Shown: piece after piece, positions 40,152 to 54,582 of the stretch
How positions within the stretch are numbered: the first letter of the stretch is position 1
Layout of the letters: each line of letters starts with the position of its first letter
Assembly (NCBI RefSeq): GCF_009914755.1
Contig: NC_060939.1
Reading direction: 5' to 3' (one strand)
Source: the human T2T-CHM13v2.0 reference genome, Homo sapiens
Length of the DNA stretch: 64,000 bases
Translations under genes and position numbers: made by a program
Notes under the pieces: generated by a model
Databases searched by the model: none
The model's input: the letters and a program-made list of their open reading frames with translations, nothing else
What the model was told of the DNA's origin: nothing

Positions 40152-40764
40152 TCTAATTGAGGCAAAATTCACATAACATAAAATTAACCATTTTAAAGTT
40201 AACAATTCGGTGTCATTTAGTACACTTACAATTATATGTGAACACCCCTTTAATCTAGTCCCAAAATATCTTTAATCAACCCAAAAAAGACACCTTGTAC
40301 CTACTAAATAATTATTCCCCATCCTCCCCCTCCTTATCCCCTGCAAAACACCAATTTGCTTACTGTCTCTATGGATTTGCCTATTTTGAGTATTTCATAT
40401 AAATAGAACCATACAATATGTGAACTTCTGGGTCTGGCTTCTTCCACTTAGCATATTGTTTCAAAGTTTAATCCATATCATAGCATGTATCAGTACTTCA
40501 TTTATTTTTATGGCTAAAAATATCTTATTATATGTATATGTCACAATTAGTTTATTTATTCATTGATAGACACTATGTTGTTTGCATCTTTTAGTTCTTG
40601 TAAATTGTGCTGCCAGGAACACGTGTATATGTGTATTTGAGTATCTGTTTTCAGTTCTTTTGGATATATACCTACAAGCAGAATTGCTAGGTCATATGGT
40701 AATTCTATGTTTAGCTTCTTGAAAAACTGCCAGACTCGTTCCCATAGTGGCTGAACCATTTTCC
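40152..40764 (-). mobile_element. L1MB-type (about L1MB4) 3' end
   Basis: AATTCACATAACATAAAATTAACCATTTTAAAGT..CTGTCTCTATGGATTTGCCTATT; ORF2 C-terminal remnant LNIELPYD. Confidence 0.9.
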
Positions 40765-40799
40765 GTGAAAAATACAATTTTGAGGATAGAAAATTATAT

Positions 40800-41082
40800 A
40801 GTGTGATGTTTGTGCACACAAAAAAATGCCCCTTGACAGTTTGGTAACAACTGTTGTGCAACAGTTGTCATTTATGTGCATTCTTCACTTACAGGTGAGG
40901 ACTCTGACACATCCAGATTTTGTAAGTTGCATAGAATGAATTTCACAGGACGCATCCAATTCATGGACTCTTACAAGTTTGTATCAACACCTACAGCTCT
41001 GACCTCTGGGGTAAGTAGTTGTGCTGCTATGCACAGTTGTTGAAGTTGTGCACAACCTATCCTGTCATATGCAACAACCCTG
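40800..41082. mobile_element. MER91-like hAT-Tip100 fossil
   Basis: Terminal GTGCACAACC..ATATGCAACAACCCTG and recurrent TTGTGCA motifs. Confidence 0.4.
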
Positions 41083-41199
41083 ATTAAGTGGTAGATGACT
41101 CTTCACATTCCAAACTTGGCTCTTTCTGATGTGAGTAATTATCCATCTACTCTAATGCTTTCAGTCATCTTTTGGAATGCAAGCACCTACTCTACTGCT

Positions 41200-42365
41200 A
41201 TCAATCAACAATATCTTTAATGTTGTGCACAAGTCCTTATGCCAGACCATTGGAGGGACTGCAAAAGGTATAAAATGTAGGCCTTATCATCAAGGAAGTT
41301 AAAGATTCTATGGAGAAAAGAAACTGACATGCTTGAAAAATGTATTAATAGTATAGAAAGTGATATGGTTTGGCTGTGTCCCCACCCAAATCTCATCTTG
41401 AATTCCCACGTTGTGGGAGGGACCCAGTGGGAGGTAATTGAATCATGGGGGCTAGTCTTTCCCATGCTGTTCTCAAGATAGTGAATAAGTCCCACAAGAT
41501 CTGATGGTTTTTTATAGAGGAATTCTCATGCACAAGCTCTCTCTTTGCCTGCTGCCATCCATGTAAGATGTGACTTGCTCCTCTTTGCCTTCCACCATGA
41601 TTGTGAGGCCTCCCCCAGCCATGTGGAACTGTAAGTTCATTAAACCTCTTTCTTTTGCAAATTGCTAAGTCTCAGCAGTGTGAGAACAGACTATTACAGA
41701 AAGTATTAAAAAATTGTAGGAAAAACATCTGGCTGAACGATTAGGGCAGTCACACAGAAAAGATGAAATTTGAATTAGGCTCTGGAGAAGGGGCAATAGT
41801 TCAAAGGCAGAGACAAGAAGAGCTGTTTTTCTTAGTGTATTGTATAGAGTCTACAAAGCAGGTTTTGGTAAAAGTTTGAATAGAAAACAGAATTTATGCA
41901 CCAGAGTTGTGAGAGGTGTGAGTTTGCAATGATAGTCTGAACCAGCTGGTGGAAGACTCTAGTGTCAGTCTGGTATTCACTCTAAAAATATAGGGTCTTT
42001 GAAAGGTCAAAGATGATGAAAAGCAATCTCTTAGCACAATTATTCCTGCAAGATGGATTGGCGAGGTAAGAGAGTTATGAGGCTTTCATTGTTCTCCAGA
42101 CATACAGTGACACAAAAGGATCTGAATTAAGTTAAAGACAGAAGAAACCGAAGATAAATAACAGGATCTCAATGATAATGTCAAGAGGATTTGGGGACTG
42201 ATACAGTTTGGGCTTTAGAGGAAAGAAAACAAGGAGTTAATGGTGACTGTGAGGTTTCAGAGCTGGAGGACTGAACAAATGGGGGCATTCTTTATGAAGC
42301 TGGTTCATCTGCAACAAGGGAAGAGGGCAAGAGTGTTGAGTTCATATAGACAGTGAAACACGTGT
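41200..42365 (-). mobile_element. L2 LINE interrupted by a THE1 LTR
   Basis: GGTGACTGTGAGGTTTCAGAGCTGG, GATGAAATTTGAATTAGGC and related antisense L2 motifs. Confidence 0.7.
41361..41698 (+). mobile_element. THE1A/B MaLR solo LTR
   Basis: TGATATGGTTTGGCTGTGTCCCCACCCAAATCTC...GACTATTACA; perfect 5-bp TSD GAAAG (41356-41360, 41699-41703). Confidence 0.96.
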
Positions 42366-42547
42366 GACATCATCACTGTAGCAAACTGTGTCTAGATAAA
42401 CCTCCAACCTTTCTAGAGAAAAAGTTTCAGAAGATGTCTAAATAAGGCAATATTTGAAGATAGTTGGAAACAAATGAGGTCTTTGAGGATTTGTGCTTGA
42501 GTCTACCTCTTTAGGGACATCTCCCTTATAAAGCCCAGGCAACTTTT

Positions 42548-44024
42548 GTATTTTATTTTATTTTATTTATTTTATTTTTTATTATTATACTTTAAGTTCT
42601 AGGGTACATGTGCACAATGTGCAGGTTTGTTACATATGTATACATGTGCCATGTTGGTGTGCCACACCCATTAACTCATCATTTACATTAGGTATATCTC
42701 CTAGTGTTATCCCTCCCCCCTCCCCCCGCCCCACAACAGGCCCCAGTGTGTGATGTCCCCCTTCCTGTGTCCAAGTGTTCTCATTGATCAATTCCCACCT
42801 ATAAGTGAGAACATGCAATGTTTGGTTTTTTGTCCTCGTGATAGTTTGCTGAGAATGATGGTTTCCAGCTTCATCCATGTCCCTACAAAGGACATGAACT
42901 CATCCTTTTTTATGGCTGCATAGTATTCCATGGTGTATATGTGCCACATTTTCTTAATCCAGTCTATCATTGTTGGACATTTGGGTTGGTTCCAGGTCTT
43001 TGCTATTGTGAATAGTGCTGCAATAAACATACATGTGCATGTGTCTTTATAGCAGCATGATTTATAATCCTTTGGGTATATACCCAGTAATGGGATGGCT
43101 GGGTCAAATGGTATTTCTAGTTCTAGATCCTTGAGGAATTGCCACACTGTCTTCCACAATGGTTGAACCAGTTTACAGTCCCTCCAACAGTGTAAAAGTG
43201 TTCCTGTTTCTCCACATCATCTCCCGCACCTGTTGTTTCTTGAGTTTTTAATGATCGCCATTCTAACTGGTGTGAGATGGTATCTCACTGTGGTTTTGAT
43301 TTGCATTTCTCTGATGGCCAGTGATGATCAGCATTTTTTCATGTGTCTTTTGGCTGCATGAGAAGTGTCTGTTCTTTTGAGAAGTGTCTGTCTTCTTTTG
43401 AGAAGTGTCTGTTCATATCCTTCGCCCACTTTTTGTGGGGTTGTTTGTTTTTTTCTTGTAAATTTGTCTGAGTTCTTTGTAGATTCTGGATATTAGCCCT
43501 TTGTCAGATGAGTAGATTGCAAAAATTTTCTCCCTTTCTATAGGTTGCCTGTTCACTCTGATGGTAGTTTCTTTTGCTGTGCAGAAGCTCTTTAGTTTAA
43601 TTAGATCCCATTTGTCAATTTTGGCTTTTGTTGCCATTGCTTTTGGTGTTTTAGACATGAAGTCCTTGCCCATGCCTATGTCCTGAATGGTATTGCCTAG
43701 GTTTTCTTCTAGGGTTTTTATAGTTTTAGGTCTAAAATTTAAGTTTTTAACCCATCTTGAGTTAATTTTTGTATAAGGTGTAAGGAGGGGATCCAGTTTC
43801 AGCTTTCTACATATGGCTAGCCAGCTTTCCCAGCACCATTTGTTAAATAGGGAATCCTTTCCCCATTTCTTGTTTTTGTCAGGTTTGTCAAAGATCAGAT
43901 GATTGTAGATGTGTGTTATTATTTCTGAGGGCTCTGTTCTGTTCCATTGGTCTATATCTCTGTTTTGGTACCAGTACCATGCTGTTTTGGTTACTGTAGC
44001 CTTGTAGTATAGTCTGAAGTAAGG
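42548..44024 (-). mobile_element. 5'-truncated L1PA4/5-type LINE-1 (~1.45 kb)
   Basis: L1PA 3'UTR and ORF2 C-terminus (42788-43159 LELEIPFDPAIPLLGIYP...HCMFSLIGGN; 43413-43673 [26 protein letters not shown]). Confidence 0.97.
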
Positions 44025-44721
44025 ATTTTTATTTCAATGAGCTATATACCTCAAAGACACAAAACTCATAATGGGTTTCACAGTCTTTCTCCCAACCCAC
44101 ACCTCAACAGAAACATTCTGACCAAAATCCAGATATTTTCCCTAATGCCTCCAGTATACTCAATCTGAACCTCTGAATCTTCCACCTTTTGATTAATCCC
44201 AAAAGCCAGTGCTGATGTTGCTCATTTCATGGTTGAGAGCACCGGAAAGAGATTTCTTGACTATGGCTGAGAGTCAAGTTTAGAGTTTGGAACAAACAAG
44301 GTATCAATTCTAACCTAAAGAGGGCTTATCTAAATTTTAATTATGTTTGCCAGGTTGCTATTTGTGGTTTTGTAGGGAAAAAATCAATAGCATATCACTA
44401 CCTTATTTGGCATAAGGAGAGATAAGCTTCTTTCTCATCTGTCCAAGGAGATGGGTGACATAAAGAGCAAGTGACCATGACCCCTAAGCAAAGGAAATTT
44501 AATTATAAATGTTTAGATATTATTCATTCAACTGTAGTATCTTTCAGGAAATATTGTAAATATTGCCTAAAAGAAATTATCATAATTGGCTAATTAGTCT
44601 CACTGTTCCCAAGAACGGGTAAAATTGTTTCATGAGAGTGCCAAGTGTTTCCAATCCCAAGCAAGGAAATTCCAAGCCCAAGCACTCTTTTATAATCTAA
44701 TTTTTTAAAAAGAGAACAACT

Positions 44722-45200
<479 letters not shown>

Positions 45201-46011
45201 ATAGAATGTTCTTGGCTACAACACATTTTCTTAAACTACGTAGCTATTGGAGAGTGTTTAACTGAAGGAAAGAGAACAGAGGGGAAAATGCCGACGAATA
45301 TAGACGTGACTATGAGGAGAAACATTTAGGAAGATGGCAGTATCAAAACATGTCCTACATCAAGGATGTACACCAAGGAAAATATAGATTAAGATGTGAA
45401 TCCAAAGAAAAGAAAGTCACGGATGGAACTTTGAGAAAATACAATTTTAGATTAGTCATGATAGTAGACATCAGATGCAGGGAGTTAAGTTGCGAGAGGA
45501 TAACGGAGATGTGGCAGAGTTTAGAAAAACAAGTCATGCTAGAAGCCTTAGAGTGAAAAGGAAAACATGGTAGCTAGCATTGAAGAGCCACATGAGCTGT
45601 CCTCAGTACAGGGAATGTGTACATGAAAGAGGCAGGCATAGGGCTTGTCAGCTGATAGGGAGGACCAGAGGTCATGGAAACAAGGGAGAGTTGAAGGAGG
45701 AAGTGAGAGCAGGAGCTTCGATCACGAAGAAAGGACTTCAAGGAAGCTAGACACCTTTTCTTCTAAGAGAGAAGGAGAGTAAAAATGGAATGGGTCACTA
45801 AGAAAATAAAAACCTACTACCAGCTCTTCCAAAATTACAACTTTGTGTTCATGTATTTGTTTGTCTTAGTGGCAAGAACAGCCCTCTCCAACCACTCATG
45901 CCTGAAAAGTTTGGATTGCCTTACACTCCTTTCAAGCTTCCTCCCATCCATTCAACTTCTGGCTGTGAATGCTTTCCTATCCAACACCCACTCCTGGATG
46001 GCAGTGTTTTA

Positions 46012-46232
46012 ATAATAATAATACCATTTACTAAACCCCTTTCATGTGCCAGGCACTGTAGTTAAGTCTCAGAGCAGCACTGTTGGAGAGGAGCATTGTC
46101 GTACCTTTTTGTGGGAGGACACTGAGGCTTTCACAGGGTAAGTACCTTGTTGGAGTTCACATGATAATAAATGGAGAACCAGAAACTGACCTCAGGTCTG
46201 TCCGACTGCAAAACCATCCTCCTACCACCGTA
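46012..46232 (-). mobile_element. MIR
   Basis: CCATTTACT..ATGTGCCAGGCACTG..GGACACTGAGGCT..CAGGTCTGTCCGACT. Confidence 0.75.
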
Positions 46233-46899
46233 CCACACTCTCAAAGGCATGTATGTCTCTTATTTTACAGAATGAAGAAGATACTTAACAATAGTTTTGA
46301 TGGACTAGAAAATCAACAGAGATAATATCCATATTCGTATTGGTAGCCCCATTGTATTTAGATAGTGTGAGCCAGCAGTGTTCACTTCCACCCAATTCAG
46401 GGACTTCCTCTAGCAAGGTATTGCAGTTTGGAAGTGGGAACAGAAGAGACTGTGCAATCTTCACAGGAGAACATTGTCATGACAAAGAGGACAAACAAGT
46501 TCAAGGCAAAAAACTAAACCATAACCTTGGGATTCAAGGAAAAAGTCATCAAGCACAGAGGTAAGCGAAGGACTCTCACCCAAAGGCTCTCTCTGCCCAG
46601 TCCAGTTGGGATGGAAGATTTCATTCTTCACATTAATCATTGACTGTGTACAGTCATCATGTGGGTCTCAGGTGTTGGCCTCCTATAACTCCTGATATCT
46701 GTCAATTTATTTCTTGTTATCTTAGGCTTTCTAACAAATTTTAAGTTTACACTTTCTTTAGTTCAACTAGTACACTAGGATATAACAAGAGTGCCAAATT
46801 AAATATATATATATTTTTATATTCGATTTACATATGTTATTTATATATTTATATATATGTTGTTATATATATATAAACCTCCACTACTATAACAAATTT

Positions 46900-47570
46900 A
46901 CTCTTTTCAAGTTTTTCACTTTCTCTCCAGGCCTTGTACAAAATCATATGTGAATTTTAAATAGTTCCAGTGAGGAAAGAGATGCCATATTTTAGTGTGG
47001 CTGTTTCACTGCTCCTTTTTTATAATTTTCAATTTTAATGGTTGCTAAGATTCTGTCAGGTTGCCCCCATTTTCCCCTAATCAATCTCCTCTGTTGAACA
47101 TTTAGGTTGTTCTCAAACTTTTATTATTGAAAGTAATACTGCAAGAGAATATTTATAAAGGAACTTCTTTTAATTGTTTCCTTAGTTGAAAATTTTGAAG
47201 AAGCAGAGTTACTGGGTCCAGAGATTCTCTTGTAACTCAGTATTATATCCCCATTAGTTAATCTCCCATTGTTCTTTTTCATCCCTCCCATGTGCAAGCT
47301 AATTATTTTCCCAAATGTGGATTTTTGAGGACAAAGCAATAGCTTTGACATTTGTATCATGCTTATTTTTGTTAAATAGTGATTTATGTAAAATGTACAT
47401 GTAACTGTAGAACTGACTAATGGGTGTAGAGTATAGCACTTGTAACACAAAATATTATATATATTTCTCAATAATTGATGCATTAGACACCTTTACTTCC
47501 CTGGAAAATCATTTATGCATGTTTGTTTTCTGGCCACTACAACTTGGAATTAGCTTTTTGTTAATCTCTG
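46900..47570 (-). mobile_element. L1ME-type 3' fragment
   Basis: GTTGAACATTTAGGTTGTTCTCAA..TTATTATTGAAAGTAATACTGCA..GAGTTACTGGGTC. Confidence 0.65.
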
Positions 47571-50179
47571 GGAGAGCAATCAGCAACTACAGTGATGATA
47601 AAGGTAAACCCAGTTGACAATGGGAGCACCAAGAAGAGTCACCCTACTCAAGAGATCATAGAGAAAATGATTATTTTTCTTTATGGACAAAATTGCTTCA
47701 CGAAAGGTCTGTAGATGGGCTGTCCATTTAAAGGGCCTAATTTGGGGTTTTAGGATATATTCTATAGGCTTTTCTATGGAAGAGTATTTTGGGTTGTATT
47801 TCATCCCAGGTAGTACATTATGAAACATTCTTACACTGATGTTATTTTATAACTTTTTAAAAAAGGGGGAATAAATGAAAGAATATATCTCAGAGTTTTG
47901 GGAAGCCATAAGGATACTTAACATGCCCTTTCATCTGGCTTCTGGCTGGTGAGAAATGTTCTTCCTGGATGCCTTTAGACATGGAAGAATAGAAATAACC
48001 ACTTAAAGGTTGGTGCTTTAGTGACTTCTTTCACTCTAACCTCAATTCTTACAGACTTGGTTGTATTTTTGGAATTATTTTAAGAGAATTACAATGAAAT
48101 CTAAGATGACTTTCCTTGTGGAAAATATAACATATGAATTTATTGTATCTGTTTTGCTCATGAATTGCCCCTGTAGCCTTACAAATATGATAAAGAAATC
48201 TATTCACATTCATGTTTTGGGTATTTAGGATAGTTTTCAACATGTAAACGGAAGTATAAGACTAACAAAATACTAATATCACATTGCAACTGAAATACAA
48301 ATTTGTGGTTTATTTCCCTCCAAATCTTTGCATATAGATGAAGACTTAACTAAGTCTACTTCTCTCTTGAAAAGTTTGCTCTTGCTTGCTAATAATTCTG
48401 TAATTGATTTGTGTGAGGTCTTTTGTTGGTTGACTGGTTGTGTTTTTTCTATTATGTGAAATAGCTCCCGCCATTTCTGTTCTTTGGCAACCCTGAAAAA
48501 GCTGAAAGAGGCTGATCATCGCTAATGTATTGAACATCTTTTGAAGCCCCAATGACTGCCACCAACAAAGAACAGACACATGTGCTATCTGGGTGAGCAC
48601 TTCCTCCTGACTCCTTAACAAAACCCTCCCTGAAAGGTTGATAAGCAAACAGGCTTCACAACAGAAGGGCAGCTCATTCCCCAGAGGGACTGACGGAAGC
48701 CATATTCCCAACACAGGAAAAGAAAGCAGGACATGGGTGATTCTGAGAAAGGTGCAGCCTTCCAGGGCAGACAGGAAGCACTGACATATGGCAACTGAAT
48801 CAAAGGGGATCATGAAGTCTCTGTTCAATTGTTTGAGTCACGAAGTCTCCAGTCCTTCAGCAACATGGTACTTTGAGCATGACTTCAGCAAAACCAAGGT
48901 TATAGGTGATGGTTATGATGATGAATAAAAGAGCAGTGCAGAGTGAAAATGAAGAATAAATTTGACTTTGATTTTAGTTCAGGGGTGTAGATAGATATTT
49001 TGCCCAGGATTTGCAACTTGGATTTTGGGAGATTGCTTTCCATGAGGATTTTGAATCCTTATAGATAATATATTAATTTAGAGTAGAATAGAGATGAATT
49101 CAAACGAAGAGTGAGAGAAGTTGTATTTCGAGGAATAAGAAAGTAGGTATAAAAACATTCAGTGAACTTTTAAATCATGCTATAGACAATCATCATAATG
49201 ATGCTACTTAGGAAAGTCAGAGTCACGAAGCTCTGGATATAGTTTTTCTGTACTCTGTTGCAAAGGGAATTCTTTGGTAGAGAAAATAGATGGAAGCCTG
49301 TCAGTCGCAGAGAAGAAAGTGGAATGCAGGAGAGTGGGTTCCTAGAGGGATGTTGCTTTCAATCTACTTCCCTGCTGCAGTTTCTAGCCAGCACATGGTA
49401 ACCACCTCTCTCTTCTGCCACCTTCTGAAGTTACTCAGATAAATCTCTGTTCCTTTGACCCAAAAGAAGTGCCCCCCACCAGCCACCTCTGTCCCATTAC
49501 ATGGCCCATTATGCTTACCTTATCTCAAAGATACACTCGAGTTATTGGAAATTTCCCATAAAGATTCCCACACTCCTGAAAGCGGAAAGAACACAGCAGG
49601 AAAAGACGAACTAGGATGTGTGTTAGTGTATGTAATTATATTGAGGTTAGAAATGGAAAACACACCTGATGCTCTGCGTTATTATTTTAAAAACAGCAAT
49701 AAGAACAAACTGGAAGCTCAGAATGATGCCCTGGAGAGAATTATTCTTTTTCTGACATTTATTTAGATTCCCCTTTGAGAAATAGCTTTATTTTCAGTGA
49801 TTTCTTGGGTGAGTAAAATAACATTTCACTCAAGAGTTAAAAGGGGTCAGTTTGGGTCTTGTCAGGGGTGCTTTGGAACTTTCTTGCTGACCTGGAATTA
49901 GTGCACGTGCATCTGAGTGCTACTCCAGCCACCCAGCACAGCATAAAATATGTTTTCCGCTACAGTGATATTGCTGGCAGTGCATAAAACAAATGGACTG
50001 GGTCAGAAATAGTCAGACTCCACCTTTAAATGGATTCTTCTGGATGTATGTTACTTTGGAGAGCACTTTCGAAACATTCTTCTATTAAGGTTTTCATTAT
50101 GATTTTAACTCCTGTCTACAGAAGCTATTCCTTAATTCAATTAGTCCTTATTGCCAACGTAGAGGGTGAGTTCTATATT

Positions 50180-50320
50180 GTAAGCCCCAATGCACAGATG
50201 CAGAAACCGAGGTTCAGAAGCTTTGACATCTTGCCCCAGGTCTCTTAGATGTTAGTAGCTAATCTGGGATGCAAACCAGATGCCTGAATCAAGTCTTTGT
50301 TCTCTTCATTCTGCTGCACT
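50180..50320 (-). mobile_element. MIR
   Basis: ACAGATGCAGAAACCGAGGTTCAGA..CTTGCCCCAGGTC. Confidence 0.75.
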
Positions 50321-50339
50321 GGTTCGTCTGACTTGAAAT

Positions 50340-50794
50340 TGCATCAGTTAGGGTTTGGGTTCAGCTGCATACAAAAAAATCCGAGTGGCTGCCAGTTAGA
50401 CTAAACAGAGATTTATTTTTCTTCCATATAACAATAAATTCAGACATAAACAGTCTGAAGCTGGTGGAAAGAAAATGCTTTCTGGTTTCCCAGTGTGATT
50501 AGGCACATGAAGGCAGTTGCAATTCCAGCCCTCATGACTGTAATCCAGACTGCAGAAAGGAGTTAGAAACAAGAAAATCACGTGGCACTTACATCAGGAA
50601 AGCACAGTATTTTTCAGAAATACACAGAAATAACCAGAAATGTGTCTCACATGATCATTGCTGGTCATCTAATCTCCCTAGAAAAGTAATTTTTATCTTA
50701 TAACATTGCTGCCCCAACAAAATAGAGATTCCCTCAGTAAAAAGGAATGAAGGAATGGATTTTCTGTTAGTACCCAGAGAAGTATCTGTCTCCA
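50340..50794 (-). mobile_element. MLT1J/K-type MaLR LTR
   Basis: TGCATCAGTTAGG..CAGCTGCA..CATTGCTGCCCCAACAAAATAGAGATT..GGAATGGAT. Confidence 0.7.
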
Positions 50795-51559
50795 AAAATA
50801 TCTATCTTTCCACTTCAAAAATAATCAAATGTTTTCTTAGGGCATTTTTGTCCCAAAGCCTATTCCCACCCCTTGTTTTATGTTCCTCAATTTAGAGCAT
50901 GAACACTTGCTGGCTGACCCATGGTCCCTTTGGCTGAATGTCAGCCAGCTGTAAAAGGACTATGTATATGAAGACCACACCAGCTAGAAGCTTAACTCAA
51001 GGTTTCATTGTTTTAAAGGACTTAATATTCTTCTAGTTTATACAGAATCTCACTGGGTAAAGTTGCAGAAAAAAATTCTAGAATAGAAGAGAAGAGTTTG
51101 GAATATGTAATTCAACTATTTCTAAGTAATAGAGAAAGGCAACAAAAATGTCAATATTACAGGCATCAAATACTTTAGCTAATCAGGTAATGTTATTGAG
51201 TTGGAAGCTGACCCTATCACCATAGGTATCTGTTTTCCTAAGTTACTCATCTTAACCGCTGATTCACACTGTTCACCCTCCCACTCGGCAGTGGAAGTTA
51301 AATGGCTTGTGATTCACAATCTCAGCCTTAGAGAAGAGATTTGTAATAACAGATGTTTATAATGTGCCTCTAGTTTCCCTTGGCCTTCTCTTCCTCCTCA
51401 CTAAATCCCTCATTCTAGACCATGGAATTTTACAAGGGACTTGATGTCCTTGGGTCTTGCTGAGACAGAAGATATTCACAAAGGCTTGGACGAAAAGCTC
51501 CTCAGCCATCAAATTGGCTAATTCATTCCAGATTATGCTGAATGTAAGCTCTCCAGACG

Positions 51560-52170
51560 AAGAAACCATCATCTAACACAGGGGTGAGGTGGGGCACGGT
51601 GACGGGAGGATCAGATGAAGAGGAGTCAGCAGTAATAACGGAAAAGGAAGGCCCAGGGTGATTGGAGAAAAGCCAGGACAGTGTGAGGACTCTAAGCCCA
51701 GCATTAGAACTTCAAGAAGAATGGAGAGGTCAACAATGTCAAATTCTCCAACATCTGAGGAAGAGAGCAAGATGAAAGCATTGGGTTTAGAAATGTGAAT
51801 GTAATTGATGAGCTTGCTAAGGTAGTTTCAGAGGGACGATAGTGAAAAAACAAAAAGATAAAGCCTGTGCTCGGTAAAAATTTAGAGAAAAGGAAAATTT
51901 AAAGTAGGGACTTCGGTGGCTGACTGGTCATTTTTTGAAAGGCCTCTCGGTGAGGGGAAGGAGAAAGAGATAATTGGAGCCAGAGGGACGTGCAAGGTTG
52001 GTGGCATTTGTTATTAAGACCACATCAGCTAGAGGCTTAAACCCAAGGTTTCATTGTTGGGTTTCATAGTATGGTAAAATCTTGGGTGTGGTTTTAGTCT
52101 ATGGGAAAGTAGTCAATTAAGACTAGGAATAGAAATGTGTTTACAAGCAAATGGAACAGGAGCTGAAGGA
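51560..52170 (-). mobile_element. L2 LINE fragment
   Basis: GGAGAAAAGCCAGGACAGTGTG..GGTCAACAATGTCAAAT..GGTAGTTTCAG. Confidence 0.7.
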
Positions 52171-52865
52171 GATGACACCCTGAATTAAAATTTAATTAAT
52201 ATCACAGAGAATGCTTTTCTATCATGGTTTCATTAAACACAGAGCCTTCACTTCTAAATATTCAAATACACATATATACATACACATACACACACACCTT
52301 TATACAAACTTTAAGTGTGTGGAGTGTTAGAAACCTCACTGTGTAAAAACTGAAACTATAACATGGGAAATGAAGAAAGGTGATTATTTAGATGAGAACA
52401 CATATAATAATAAAAGTAACACATTTTACGGTTTCTTTAAATGTTTATTCATCCCTCTACACAATTAAATAGCATGTGTTTTAGACATTTTTATTATTTT
52501 CCATTTTCCAGCTGTACATACCATGAGAGATATAGGTTCTATAACTATTTGGAGCTATACAAATAGAAAGAGGAATAAGAAAATGTTATGTCCTCTCTCC
52601 TCTTTAAAAAAAAAATTCTGTTTTGAAAATTTTTCTTTTTTTGAAAAAAATTTTTTGAAAAATGTAAGGTTGATTTAATGAGTACATATGCATTTGGAAG
52701 TGATATGTCTATTCTCAATGGTCGTTTTTAAAATTTTCCTTTTCTTCAATGTCCTGATGTTTTACTCCATGTCCAGTCCGGCACTGTTTCTAATTGTTGT
52801 ATGTTTCAGTCGCATGCCTGTCACATATGAGGAGCAACTCCTTTGTAAAACGGCAAGACATTACC

Positions 52866-53161
52866 TTTTTTTTTTTTTTTTTTTTTTGTCTTTGAGACAG
52901 AGTCTCACTCTGTTGTCCAAGCTGGAGTATAGTGGCGTGATCTAGGCTCACTGCTACGTCCACCTCCCAGGTTCAAGCAACTCTCCTGCCTCAGCCTCCC
53001 GAGTAGCTGGGATTACAGGCGCCTGCCACCACCCCCGGTTAATTTTTATTTATTTATTATTTTTATTTTTATTTTTTTAGTAGATACAGGTCGTGTTGGC
53101 CAGGCTGGTCTTGAACTCCTGACCTCAGGTGATCCACCCTCCTTGGCCTCCCAAAGGGCTG
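52866..53161 (-). mobile_element. AluSx-type, lacking ~30 nt of its 5' end, with expanded A-rich linker
   Basis: T22 tail, antisense Alu body ending GGCCTCCCAAAGGGCTG; sits in old L1-like sequence (~52660-53580). Confidence 0.93.
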
Positions 53162-53494
53162 CATCGCCTTTTCAAAATACCCTTTCCCCATTCCCTCTTT
53201 CAGCCCTCCCATTCTCTTCCCCATATTACTTGATTTCACACTTACATTCTCCATCTCGGCATTTACACTGGATCCTTGATATATGGACCTTTCAGTCAAG
53301 TCACTAATGCATTTATTACATATGTCTAATTTGCCATTTCATCTATTAACTCTATTAACTACTTTCATTTTATTTTAAGAACTATATGCTACAATTATAA
53401 TTCTACTTCATTCCTTTTCCCACGTTTTATCACTTAGTGTTGCTATTTTTAGTGTGGTGATTTATCCTTCATTTATTGTTTTAAACCTTTTTAA

Positions 53495-53906
<412 letters not shown>

Positions 53907-54159
53907 CTCTGTTAGTTTTTTTTAATTGTGGACTCAACTTCAACCATAATTTGTTTTTCCTCTGTGTGATTCTCAAGAAAAGTTAGCTATAAGTTTTAGT
54001 TTTTCAGAAAATGAGGATGGAAACATAAGGATCAGTCATTTGCCTAACAGAAGAGAAAAATATATCTATCTCATAGGTTTTACTCAGAGGCCGGAGGGAG
54101 CCTGTCTACTCTGTTCTTCACACTGATAGTAGAGTGATCACGCAAAAATTGATTTTGTT

Positions 54160-54582
54160 TGTCTAAGTCCATTCAGGCTACCATAACAAAATACATCAGA
54201 CTGGGTAGCTTACAAACAACAGAAATTTATTTCTCACAGTTCTGACTGATGGGAAGTCCAAAATCAAGGTACCAGCAGATTTGGTGTCCAGTAAGATCCT
54301 GCTTCCCGGCTCAGAAAGGATGCACTCTCCCTGTGTCTTCCTCTCTGTGGGCCAACTGAGCTCCCTCAGGCCTCTTTTGCTTGTTTTGTCTGGTTTTGTT
54401 TGTTTGTTTGGGGTTTTTTGAGACAGGTTCTCACTGCTATTGTCACCCAGGCTGGAGTACGGTGGCATAATCACATTTCAGGCTTCTTTTATGAAGGCTC
54501 TAATTTCATTCATAAGGGCCCCACCCTCATGACCTAGTAACCTCCCAAATTTTGGTGGGACACAAACATTCAGACCATAGCA
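54160..54582 (-). mobile_element. MLT1A-type solo LTR containing a truncated Alu
   Basis: TGTCTAAGTCCATTCAGGCT...ACAAACATTCAGACCATAGCA; TSD TTGTT/ATGTT. Confidence 0.9.
54379..54477 (-). mobile_element. 5'-truncated AluJ/FLAM fragment
   Basis: TGAGACAGG..TCACCCAGGCTGGAGT; TSD TCAGGCCTCTTTT (54366-54378) / TCAGGCTTCTTTT (54478-54490). Confidence 0.88.

Noticed and set aside
46798-46878. TA-rich quasi-palindromic tract (also the A/T runs at 52600-52665)
   Set aside because: Low-complexity sequence where self-complementarity is trivial.
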